A stretch of DNA of 64,000 nt, from contig CM097885.1 of the NCBI GenBank assembly GCA_044892525.1, positions 218,426,001 through 218,490,000 of the forward strand, read 5' to 3'. Positions 27,131-38,904 of this stretch are shown in pieces. The notes under the pieces were generated by a model, which saw nothing but the letters and a program-made list of their open reading frames with translations, did not search any database and was not told where the DNA came from. Both the position numbers and the translations under genes were made by a program. The number at the start of each line of letters is the position of its first letter. Position 1 is the stretch's first letter. The DNA comes from Schmidtea polychroa (Eukaryota).

Positions 27131-27774
27131 TATAAAGGTGCTTAGTTTAGGTACTTTACATCACAAATGTGTGATTTTTAGTGTTTTTGGATGCTAAAGG
27201 TGTATTGAAAGTATCTTGAAGGTACTTTGATTCAGCTATCAAATTAATTAATTTCAAAAATAATAATTATTAGTTAATTATCGTTTTTTTGGATCAACTA
27301 TTATTTCATAACTATCGTACCGCACTTATCAGTCACATCGGTTGCAGGTGAGATATATGATTCAAATTAACCTTAGTAGATGATGAATAACAATAAATTT
27401 ACTAGACTTCTCATAAAATTTTATAGTCAAATAAAATGTGAAAAATCAATATCAGTAGAATTGTTCTTTTTAATAACAAATAAAGACAATTTTCAAAATT
27501 AACAAGATAAAAACAAATAGGTGACTTTTGAGCACTAGACAAATATTCCACCAGCACTATTTACATTAATGGACTAAGGTGGCAGAATTATGTCAATATA
27601 CCCACCGAAAGGAACTAATCTTATATTTTCCGTGCGTTTGAAATGACAGGAGAATTTTTTATCTAGATCAGTGATTTCCAAATGTTGTTTTATTGTCACG
27701 ATTTAAAAGAAATTAGAAAAAGAAAAATAAATGAAAACTTTAAAAGGTTCGCTTGTTACTGATAATACTGATAA

Positions 27775-27877
27775 TTGGGAAAAAAAGTATATATATTGAG
27801 CCGTTAAAATCGATTCATCGATTTAAAATCGATTAAAATCGATTTTAACGGCTCAATATATAAACTTTTTTTTCCAA
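27775..27877. repeat. Foldback hairpin, about 41-bp arms
   Basis: TTGGGAAAAAAAGTATATATATTGAGCCGTTAAAATCGATT ... AATCGATTTTAACGGCTCAATATATAAACTTTTTTTTCCAA; loop built of AATCGATT units. Confidence 0.9.
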
Positions 27878-27931
27878 TATCACCACTGATTATTTTTTTC
27901 ATTGAATTAAAAGGAGAGTTTGAAGACTATA

Positions 27932-27998
27932 AATCAGTAATATATCGATGTTTGTTGATACTCACGAATTTTCGGCACTGCCTTTTTCAAGTGAATTT
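27932..27998 (+). repeat. Dispersed repeat, second copy at 46668-46738
   Basis: Shared AATCAGTAA.ATATCGATGTTT...GATA.TCACGAATTTTCG.CAC....TTTTTCAAGTGA.TTT. Confidence 0.75.
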
Positions 27999-29328
27999 GA
28001 TCATTATTACATTAAATAATTATTGTTGGGGAATAATAAATTTATTTCGTATTTTATAATAAATTTATTGGTTTAATTATATTCTATTTATATTTTATTT
28101 TAATTACCCAAAAAATATTTCCTATTTTTTAAAAATTTTAAATTCTGTAATTTAATTAAATTTTTAATTCTTTAATAAAAAAAACGTTTTATATATTTTT
28201 AATTTTAAATTTTAAATCTAATTAAATATTAATTTAAGTATTAATTTAGTTGAATGTTGATGGACGGTTTAATTTTTTTGATGTAAAGAGTCTCCGCGGC
28301 AAATCTCTGCAAAGAATTTTTGAGTTCTTATAACATTTTGCATTTTGTTTCGTGTAAGAGTGGTGCTGATTTGTGAAAGTTTTGAAGAAAATTCATTATT
28401 CACAAAAGGCTATGATGATGTTCATATTGTTGACCAATAAAAAAGTTAACTTTTCATTATTACTCAAATTTAAAATTTTCTATTATATAAATTTAGTCAT
28501 TAACCTTAACTTGTTTTTTATCTATCCATAAGTGATTTTGATTGTACATTAATCTCGAATTGAAATATTCTAAAGCCTTATATTGTTCTTTGTAACCTAA
28601 ACCTAGGGATGCAAATACGATCACTTTAACCTGAATACTCCAGATTTGACGATCACTCTTTGGGCTCCGGGTTAACAATGAAATTTTTCGGGTAAGATCA
28701 ATGAGTATTTTAGGAATGATGAAATTAAAAACAATATATGAGTTCGTTAGTGTTTGAATTTAATTTGAATATATTTAGAATATCTACAATTCCGGCTGTA
28801 ATAATTCTAAATATAAATGTTAGGCGTTTGTAAGATATTTTTATAAATTTCTTAGATCCACAAGTTATGTAAATAATATTAACGAGTCCTACTGGAGTCT
28901 TTGTCAAGGTCGATGATGGAAATGAAAATTCCAAAATTTTAAGTCTGCTTATATTAAAAGATGCTGATTACTTTCGAATTGCAACTCCTTCAAGAATCTT
29001 GCAATATTTTCATTACCAACAGTTCCATTCAAAAAATAACGGTAACATTACATATCGAATATGTTCTTTACAATTATCCACTAATGGGCGAAAAATCTGG
29101 AAGTTTATTTTTATTTCATTTAAATAGATTATCGATCAATATTTTGTATTGTATTTAACACGAAATTTCGGCAATGTTTTTTATGAAATTGTTTATATGG
29201 CACTTTTTAAAACGACTAAAAAGGAAGAAATAAGCCAAGAAAATAAAAATTTCAGGGGGAAATATTGAGTAAAAAATACATGGGTTTGGGTAATAATGGT
29301 GACTATGGCAATCGATATTATATCTAAT

Positions 29329-29344
29329 GGTTACCATGGTAACC
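29329..29344. promoter_or_regulatory. Perfect palindromic RFX X-box-like motif
   Basis: GGTTACCATGGTAACC fits GTNRCC-AT-RGYAAC; weaker site GTGACTATGGCAAT at 29299-29312. Function unproven. Confidence 0.4.
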
Positions 29345-30473
29345 GATTACCTCGATGTTATTATATGACAGAAATAAAAAAACCCGTTTTTTATGAAGGA
29401 TGTCTCGACTAAATATGCTGCGTTCTCAAGATAGCCCAAAAATATTGATTGATTAAACTTTCTTAATTTCTAGGAGAACCAAGAAAATTTTCGACATCTT
29501 TTTTTAAAAAATCCTCTTAGTTGAATCAAGACGCAACCTTTTTATTAAGTATGTCTCGACTAAATATACTGGGTTCCCAATGTTCCAAAAATTATTCCTT
29601 ATTAAACGCGAAATTTATATCGAAAAGAAATCTTTTCATTGATTTTCATATAAAATAATTTGTGCCGACAAATAACAAAACTTTTTCGTGGACCATATCT
29701 GGGTGAAATCCTTAAATATAAGAAAAGCACCTCTGACTATAGTCAGAAATTGCATTTTTTAGTCATAAATTTCACTTTGCACATTTTTCTGTTAAAAATC
29801 AATAATAGCACTTTCTAATCAATATACACATAAAAAATTATATTCGAGATAACTCATTGATCAAACGCGCGATAAATCATCAATCAAAATGGAGGAGCGG
29901 GTAGATATGCGCGATAACTCATACTGATTCATGGGGCTCACAGCTACCGGTTACTGTCTTTTCTATTATGAGGCAAACGCACGGAGATGAGAATAGTTTA
30001 ACGGTTACACATCATTTGGCACAATTTTATTAAGGAAGTCCTTGGGGAGGGGAGGGAGAGGGGTTGGCGGTTGCTGATATCATCTAAGGCTTAAAAGCTG
30101 CCTGAAATTTATTGAAATAATAAATGGCTCCCCGTAACGTCACACAGTTCACTGGAGCCCATCTTAGAAACATTATACGAATTTTATATTTATTGATTTT
30201 ATGATAAATATCCCATCTCACATCTTGATCAATAAAAGAGATCTTTTTGCTTAAGAAATTATTAAAAAGTCATTAAATCATTCTAAACAATTTCATTGGT
30301 TGCTGCTAACATCCAATCAAAAGCAAATAAGAATTTATTGATTACATATATCGAGTATATACATATTATTATATAATTGTAATTACTCAAAATAAAAAAT
30401 TATTATCTATCATAAAATTTATTTAATCATAAAAAGAAATTTAAATTAATTAATTATTAAAAATATTCCTTGC

Positions 30474-31069
30474 CCGAAATCTCAAATCAAAAGCTTGACC
30501 GATTGTCATTATAATGTCTTTGGCAGGGTCTTTTGATGATTGAAAAACAAAACATGCGCGTCCAATTTTAGGATCCTTAGCAACATAAGACAAATAATCC
30601 AATAATTCTTGATCCCCACCACAAGCGAATGATATATCTTGTAAACTATGTCTACGAGATTCCTATTCATATAGCATATACAAATTGTTAAGCATAAAAT
30701 ATTTTACTTCAGTTTTCTGTTGATTTAACATAGAAATCGTATCAGTTGTTATTCTCAACCATACTTGAATATGGCCACATTCAATGGATTTGTTGCCAAT
30801 GCTCGATAATACATCACGGTCAGCTGGCTTCTTACTTGATATAATTATACCAAGTTCAGAACAGACTCGTTTGATACACTCTCTATATAAATATTGTAAA
30901 TATTTTATATTGAAAATTACCTGGCGATCTTCATTCTATTTTTATACTCTACTGTTTTAATTGAAATATTAACTGGGTAAGCACCAAGATATTGGATTTT
31001 GTAAAATACTCCATTTTCGGGTCTAAAGTGATCTATTGGATGTTTCCAATTATCAGAAGGCAAAGTATC
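30474..31069 (-). CDS. SHC: Shc-family adaptor PTB-domain exons 30921-31069, 30708-30882, 30474-30662
   Basis: WKHPIDH...GVFYKIQYLG...NRMKIAR|ECIKRVC...|HSLQDISFACGGD...YLSYVAKDP...RACFVF...DIIMTIGQAFDLRFR matches the Shc PTB. Introns of 38 and 45 nt; last donor is GC. Confidence 0.93.
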
Positions 31070-31615
31070 CTAAAATTTTTTAAATAAAATTTTAAAATGT
31101 CTTTAAAAATATATTTAATCTTTAAAAGTTTTAAATTCATCAAGCCTTTAAAAGTTAAATATTTTAAATGCCAATTATTTAAAATACATATTTTAAAGAA
31201 ATATAATTTATTAAAATTAAAGATATCCAGTAAAACACAAATAAAGCACCCGTAAATTAATGTTTTTCAAATTAAAATTTTGTGTAAAATATCATTTTGG
31301 TATAATGTTAAAAACAATTTTTATTTTTATATCCGAATTCCTTTTTTGAACAAATTAATATTTTATGAAATAAATTATAAATTATTTACATCAGTTAATA
31401 ATTTGAAGCCAACATGAAATTGTAGATATTTACACCTTGGTACTACTATTGATCACCACAGTAAAACCTAAGGCTTTAACAATACTTTTACATATTGCAC
31501 ATTTTAATTCTATGAAATGTAACCTTGTGTATTCAATAAGTTCCTGGTCTAAGTGCTGAGTTGTGGTTGTTGACCTGATTTCGGATCCTTGCCAACTTAT
31601 GTGATTCACTTACGT

Positions 31616-32593
31616 CAGTGTTTCCCAAACTTTTGGTATTGCGTACCACTTTGATCATTTTCATTATATAATGTACCCCTTTGCTTTAACCCTTACAACA
31701 CTCCTGGGATATTTTATATCCCAAACATTTTTGAAAAATTATTTTTATGTCATCTTTATCCCAAATTCAATATAATATATGTGTTCCAGTAGTTTATGGT
31801 ATTATGAAATCCCAGCTGAAAACCTGAAAACTCTTAATATATATATGTTAAAATGTATTTTTATTCCATTTCATATAACATAAAAAACAGAATACTAAAA
31901 ATTAATCATTTTCTGAAGAAATAAAATTCAATGTTGAAAGGGTTAAAATTTTATATAATGATTAAATTTTTTATAATATCTTTTTTAAAATATATTAATA
32001 ATAGCATTAATGAAAAATTTAATACTTTTATAACTGAAATATTGTAAAATAAAAAATACTATACTTAATTTATTGTAATTAATGAGAAGGATGAAATTGC
32101 TTATGCTGAGATAATAATTCATCATAATTTGGTTCTCTGTAAGTTAATTTTAATCTTAGATGAGATTCAACATCTAAAAGCCTATTTCTTTTTTTCGATT
32201 TAATATCTACAAATGTAGAAAAAGCAACTTCACATAAATATGATGTTGAAAAAGGAAAGATGCATTTCAGGGCCTTTTCTGATAAAGAAGGATATGTTGA
32301 TTGTAGGTGTAACAAGAATGATGGCAAAGAGCATTTCATATGTTTATTTTTCAAGAAACAATCTGAAGATATTTCTAATAAACTTTCTTCTTCTGCATAT
32401 GATAATCCTTCTGGCATCGATGTTATATTAATATCAAATGGATATCTTATCCATTCTATATTTTTCTTTAAATCAGGGAAATATTTATTTAGAATCTAAA
32501 GTTTAGATAATAGAATATTGAAAAGGCCTGCGTAACTCCAAAAATTCCATTGCGTACCCCAAGGGTACTCGTACCCCGGTTGGGGAAGCACTG
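31616..32593 (-). mobile_element. hAT (Buster/Charlie group) deletion derivative
   Basis: TIR CAGTGTTTCCCAAAC / GTTGGGGAAGCACTG, TSD ACTTACGT/ATTTACGT, ORF 32079-32417 with PFSTSYLCEVAFS...KSKKRNRL...HPSH. Confidence 0.9.
31690..31942. mobile_element. piggyBac-type MITE nested in the hAT element
   Basis: TTAA|CCCTTACAACA ... TGTTGAAAGGG|TTAA. Confidence 0.8.
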
Positions 32594-35036
32594 ATTTACG
32601 TGATATTTACTTTGGCTCGAATTCTATTAGTCACGACCATACTCACCGTACGGTTTCAACGAAACGACAATCATCACAAGTGACATTTGATACTGTGTAG
32701 CTTAGGTTGAACACAAAATCAGAGTTGAGAAGTTCCGGGACCTGCTTAGTTCTGGATTCACTGGGTTAAGGGTGCATAACAAAAAATTACTATATTGTTA
32801 GGTTATTATTGTTAAAGCCGGTATTGACTTACTCTTCGTGCTTTATGTTTCAATTATTATTTTAAGACCCAAAACCGAATATTTTATTAAAGGTTAACAA
32901 ACCTCGATATAATATTGTAAAATACATTTTAATTGATTTGCACTATTCTATAAAAATTTAATAAGGTAGATAACCTAAAGAGATCACTTTATTATTAGAT
33001 ACTGAATGTTATTTTTCCTTTTATAAATTAATTTGACAAGAATTTCACTCTTACTCTTTGATCACTTTTATTCAATTTTCCGCTGATTTCTCTATTCTTC
33101 TTTGTAGGAATCTTTTTTTGTGATTTTTTTATTCTTTGACAAAACTGGCACTTGACTACAAATGTCGTTTTTTTAATATTGGTTTTCTTTTCTTGACGGG
33201 AATTCTAATTTTAGTGTTTTTTTACCGCTCGGGTTTCCATATAGTTAATAAATTATTTATTTATTTTCATCTCTTGTTTGAATATCTTTTTCTGGGAACA
33301 CCATATTGATTTTATATTATTATCATTGTATTTTTTCATAATATACTATCCATGAATATTCGTTTCCAGTGAAATACGTCAACTTTAATTTTTTTTCTAA
33401 TTTTGAATTAATTTAATCATTTTGAATTTTTAAAGTTTAGACATTTTCTGTATTTTCACATTAAAATTTTTTTGCGCTACTCTAGTCGAATCCTAACAAT
33501 ACAAGCATTCACTGAAGCAATTATACGTAATCATCACATAATTTCGAAATTATGTTTGTACAACAATTACTTACATCAGTGGTTTCAAACCCGGGAGGCG
33601 CCAAAACCTTTGGGTAAAAAAATGATTTTCATACTATAATATCTACAAATAAATAAAACTTCATATTGTAACGAAACTGTAAAAATTCAGTAAATAAATA
33701 CTAAATTTTATTTTTATTAAATTTCTTTACCATTAAACATCAAGATACATATAAAAACATATAAAAAATCACTCTACATTCTATCTTCCGAACAGCTTAC
33801 ACAAATTGTGTCTATAGTTATAGTGTCTAGCGCATATATTTTACCGCACGAAACGCATACTGTCGAATTTTTTCTGTCAAGATTTCGAGGGCAATGTATG
33901 CATCTTTTTATGGCTGGTCGAACTTCATTTTGAGATTGTTCTTGTAAAATATTGTTACTATGAAGTGCATAATATGTCGGCGTTGTGTTCGTGTGAGGGT
34001 TTGTATAGTACTTTTATATTTCAGGTAGTCATCAAAAAGAGAAAAATCTAAAGTTTTGAGATCTTTTTTCTAGGTTTTATAAATTTTTCAAGCAAAAAAA
34101 AACACGGAATCGGTCGCGTGCGGTCTTTAAAAGCCCTTGCACGAACAAAAATATGCTCTACTCAGGCGTCGTGCGAAAACTCAGCCGCGCATATTTTGCA
34201 AAGTGCGTACTTGTTATTTAGGCAGCTACTGTGACACACAAACCTGTAACTTAAATAATTAGAATTTTATGTCGGTTTTTCCAGTGCTCGAAGTGAGGCG
34301 GGATAGCCGGGATATTATCCCGGCATTGATTATGTAGGCGGAATTGCATCCCGGCACTTCATTTCATATAATCTATAGGTTTATCCCGGTACTTATTTCA
34401 TTTTATAGGCACACAAATACTGCAATTAAGGTCACACATAGTACATCCATATATGTATGTATATATATATTCTTTATTCTCTATTCTCTATTCAATTAAG
34501 AATTTCTCAAGCAGCAGTAATGGATAGGTAGGTATATTCTCTTATTTATTTTAGTTAAACCAGCAAGTTGTTTGTTGAGTTATTTATACTGCGACCCCCT
34601 CTATATATAATGTGTGCATGATTTCACATGCAGAGAGCTGTTATAATTAACGTGATAAGAAAACATATATGTGCTACGCAGATATACATACACATGCACA
34701 TATTGACAATCACAATATGTAAGAGATAGGACCGCTTCAATGCCTTTATCGTACTTCTTGTCCACTGTATATAGTATGAGTTTTGATGTATTAAAGGTGT
34801 GTGTGTGAAAGTGTAGCCATGAGTTTCTTGTCACGGGCACTGCGTAGCTTACACAAAGGGTGTGTTATTACGTATTTTGTGTCTATGAAATGGACCAATT
34901 AAATTAATAGCAACTCATAATCACGACCACATAGTCTAGCTCTTTCTATCCCTCTATTCTTATCTCACACATTTGGACTGTCCACTCACATTCTCTATTG
35001 ACACTATTGCTTGTGAGCCTTTTGCCTGAGTTACTC

Positions 35037-37279
35037 ATGTCTCTTAAACGAGTGAAACGGATTGATGATTTTTTTAAGCCGAAGGCTCTGAAAATGCAAC
35101 GAAGTGATTCTCCATCTACTTCTAGTGTGTCATCGTCAATCACCATTATCCCCAATGACTCTGAGACAGTGCAACGTGATTCTCCATCTACTTCTAGTGT
35201 GTCATCGTCAATCACCATTATCTCCAATGACTCTGAGACAGTGCAACGTGATTCTCCATCTATACCTGATTGTTGGACACTGGAAACCTGGCTGAAATAC
35301 AAAAGCAAATATGATTGGCTGATTGTTTCTGCTAAGAATTTAGGATGTTCCACGTGTCACAAGGTGAAATTGCTTGGTCCGCATAAAAGTCGTGGCGTTA
35401 AAATGTCAGAGGAATGGATGTCGGCAAATGTTACACACTATGGTGACACTCTTGCAAAGCAGCAACAGTCTCTCCGCAAAAAGATGCTTGATCACTTGAA
35501 TAGCTCAGCACATAAGACAGCATGTATGATATTGAATACTCAGAAATCTGCGATTATGGAAAATCTGGCAACTATTCATTGTAAAGCTTATGAGGCATCT
35601 ACTGAAAGAGTTTTCCGAACGGCATATAAACAGGCCAAGTTAAACAGGCCTTTTTCGGACATGGAGATGGAAATCGACTTGCAACGGCTCAATGGAATAG
35701 ACATGGGAAGGATTCTCCACAGCGATCATGCATGCGGCAATATAATTGTCCACATTGCAAAAGAGATCCGTAAAAGGATGTTGGAGGAAATCATTAGTCA
35801 GAATGCCAAGATATCTATCCTCATTGATGAATCGACCTCACTTAGCCAAAAAGCTACGTTGATAATTTACATTCGCTGCGTCTTGCACCATGAGGTCAAT
35901 ACTGTCTTCCTGGATTTAATTGAATTGAATGGAACGACATTCCAAGTTATATTTCAAGATCTTCTAGTTTCTTTGGAGAAGCACGGTATTGGTGAAGCTT
36001 ATCTCACTGAAAATTGGATTGGCTTTTGCTGTGATGGCGCTTCAGTTATGTTGGGACGTCGCGCTGGAGTTGGTGCACTTATTGTGAGGAAATTCCCCCA
36101 CGTTGTTATCTGGCACTGTGCGGCACACCGTTTAGAATTGGGAGTCGGAGATACTGTAGAAGAGGTTTGTGGAGTAAACAATTTCCGTTGTTTTATGGAT
36201 AAACTGTACAGTTTGTATCATGCCTCACCTAAAAATCAACGGGAATTGCACGATGTAGCAAATTCACTTGGACAGCAACTGCTTGCGATTGGACGAATAT
36301 TAAGTACACGTTGGGTGGCATCAAGCGTGCGGACAATAAAAACAGTATGGGAAAATTATCCAGCTCTCTATTATCACTTTCAACAGGCTGCCATAGATCC
36401 ATCCAGAGATAAACGAGAGCAGGCTACCTACATTGGCCTTTCTCTACGGTTATCTACTTTCACTTTTGTGCACAATTTAGCTGTGATGTACGATGGCTTA
36501 CAAGAGCTAGCAGACCTTTCACTTTCTCTACAGCGCCGGGATATGAGCATTACAGAGGCACACAAACTCATCAACCGTGAGCTGCTTGTCCTAGAGTCCC
36601 TAAAAAAAGGAAGAGGAGAGCATTTGTGTGAAATCTCTGAAAAACCAGCGTTCAAAGGAATTACCCTGCACGAGTGCAGCAAATGCGATGTACTCATTAA
36701 TGCTAATCGGTTTTTCCAAGCCTTACGAGACAATCTGGAATCGCGACTTCTCCCAACACATCATTCCAGCAACGTAACATCCGCACATTCTACGAACACG
36801 CTGCTTTACAATCACCTTAAAGTGTTATACCCATCCTTCTGGCCGGATTCAATGGATATTTTATACGGTGATGACAGTATCCGGGCGCTTTGCACCCGAT
36901 TCAAAATCGACACTGCTAGCTCTCTCCAGGGATGCGGGAATTTATTGAAAATGGTGGCAAGCGCATTTCACAACAACTGCTGCCACTTCTCCGTACAATA
37001 GAATGCATTCCTGTATCAACTGCCGAGTGTGAACGTGGGTTCAGTGCCATGAATCTAATTGTTACTGACTACCGCTCAAGCTTATCCATATCGCGTGCTT
37101 CTGCACTAATGATGATTCGCCTTGTGGGTCCCCCATTAAGATTATGGAAGCCTTCTGCTTATGTGCAAAGTTGGCTAACCAGTGGCCACAGACATGCAGA
37201 CGAAAAGAACTGCCTATCGCGAATTGTCCGTGATGATCCCGTTAGCGAAACATCAATGTACTCTCTCTGCAAGTTATGA
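35037..37279 (+). CDS. hAT transposase, about 750 aa, one frameshift near 36931
   Basis: ILIDESTS, CCDGASVMLG, WHCAAHRLEL, STRWVAS in ORF 34998-37001; STAECERGFSAMN in overlapping ORF 36932-37279. First ATG at 35037. Confidence 0.92.
35104..35262 (+). repeat. 72-bp in-frame tandem repeat (x2.2) in transposase N-terminus
   Basis: GATTCTCCATCTA recurs at 35106, 35178 and 35250; encodes (QRDSPSTSSVSSSITIIxNDSETV)n. Confidence 0.95.
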
Positions 37280-38751
37280 GGGTTTGTTAGTGTTATTCCC
37301 ACTCTGTTGACGATATGTTCTCAACATGTTTGACAGCATTTAGTGCTACCAGTTCTTTAATATATTTTACTGTAATTAAATGTTGAATAAAAGCACGTAG
37401 AAAGTTAAGTGAATTTGCAGTTTTTTTGAGGTAATGTGAGAAAATGGGCTATTACCAAAAGGATTATCAGAGTAAGACGTTGACGCTTTATATTTGAAAC
37501 AAAATTTCCGATTATTTATCAGACAAATTTACACATGCAAAAAATCTCTGTCATTTTGCTTGGTTAAAAATGAGAATCCCGCAGGGATTTACCCACCCCC
37601 CAAAATTGTTTGACACCCCCCCCACATTAAAACAGGTACACCCCCTGAAACTTATGATTAAATGGGTGGAGACCCCCCCCCCCCAAAAAAAAATTTGTTG
37701 GACACCCCCCAAAGTTTTGCAACACACCCAACTGAAAATTTCTGCATAAAAGCCTGGAATCCCGGGTGCCACAGCATGCCTATCCCGGCACATATTTTGT
37801 TCCACTTCGAGCACTGGGTTTTTCTAAGCTCCGGGCCTTTAAAGACCCCACGTGACCGACGATGTAAGAAAAATGGGCACTTCCGACGTAGGGTTAATTA
37901 ATAATTTAATATACAAATAAATATACGTTTTCGTATGTTATAGCAAAACCTTGTTTTTATTCTGTTAATTGTAGTTTTAATTTTTTTTGTATTAAAGTTA
38001 TTATTGTTTAAAACGTGTTTATATTATTATATATATTAAAAAAAAGATGGGGAGGTGCCAAGAAATAATTTTGGGGGGGGGGCGGTAGCATAAAGGTTGG
38101 AAACCGCTGACTTACACAAAAAAGTGAGTCTTGATTTTTACGATGGATTTGAAATAATTAAGTGGCGATAAATAATTTTTTAACGACTTTATATATTTAT
38201 TGAGCTTCCTATTCATTGTTGATTTGGCTAATCTCTTGATTTTATAATGATTAATTAAAGAAAACATGATGTTCAACAACGAAGTAACTGTTGTCTATCC
38301 GTGTGGTTCAAACGACAGGATCTACAGTGGCATGAGTATCTATTCAGATGAAACTCGTTACCCATAGCAGCCATCTTTAATCGTTGATCGCAGGCAATTT
38401 ACGTAATGGCTGTATTTACTCTATTTGTTCATTTAAAGAAATTTTTGGCTTTTAAACACATTTTTTCTAAATTTAAATTCCTTGCACATTTTTGTTTAAT
38501 TTGTAAATATATAAGTTTCTCCCATTTGTTTTTAATTATTTTTATAAATTATTTGACAAATTTTTTCTTTTATTTTAAAATAATCTTTATTGACTTTTAT
38601 GAACTAGTTGAATATCTTCAGCCATCTAAAATTTTACTCTAATTTTACTCATTTTATTGGGTTAATTGGTGTTATTCGTGTTTATTGTAACTCGACTTGC
38701 GGTTATATTTAGGTGTAAGTACGCCTTATCAATTAATTTAAGATAAAATTC

Positions 38752-38904
38752 NNNNNNNNNNNNNNNNNNNNNNNNNNNNNNNNNNNNNNNNNNNNNNNNN
38801 NNNNNNNNNNNNNNNNNNNNNNNNNNNNNNNNNNNNNNNNNNNNNNNNNNNNNNNNNNNNNNNNNNNNNNNNNNNNNNNNNNNNNNNNNNNNNNNNNNNN
38901 NNNN
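38752..38904. other. Assembly gap (others: 43507-43698, 59672-59822, 61443-61683, 62747-62899)
   Basis: Runs of N. Confidence 1.

Larger units (their letters stand above)
34282..37816 (+). mobile_element. Near-intact hAT (Tip100/ZNF862-like) transposon
   Basis: Perfect 14-bp TIR CAGTGCTCGAAGTG, perfect TSD GGTTTTTC, ATCCCGGCA and GACACCCCCC subterminal repeats. Confidence 0.96.
33577..38109. mobile_element. Outer hAT (Buster/Charlie group) non-autonomous element
   Basis: TIR CAGTGGTTTCAAACC / GGTTGGAAACCGCTG, TSD ACTTACAT/ACTTACAC. Confidence 0.85.

Noticed and set aside
28840-29250. YWS...FKNLAIFSLPTVP resembling a hAT dimerisation domain
   Set aside because: Too decayed; no ends found.
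31500-32780. Possible structured RNA (rRNA or snoRNA fragment) in the flanks of the hAT
   Set aside because: No convincing match to recalled rRNA, U3 or SL motifs.
34946-36733. Minus-strand ORFs 34946-35353, 35999-36181 and 36428-36733
   Set aside because: Antisense shadows of the GC-richer transposase and its tandem repeat.
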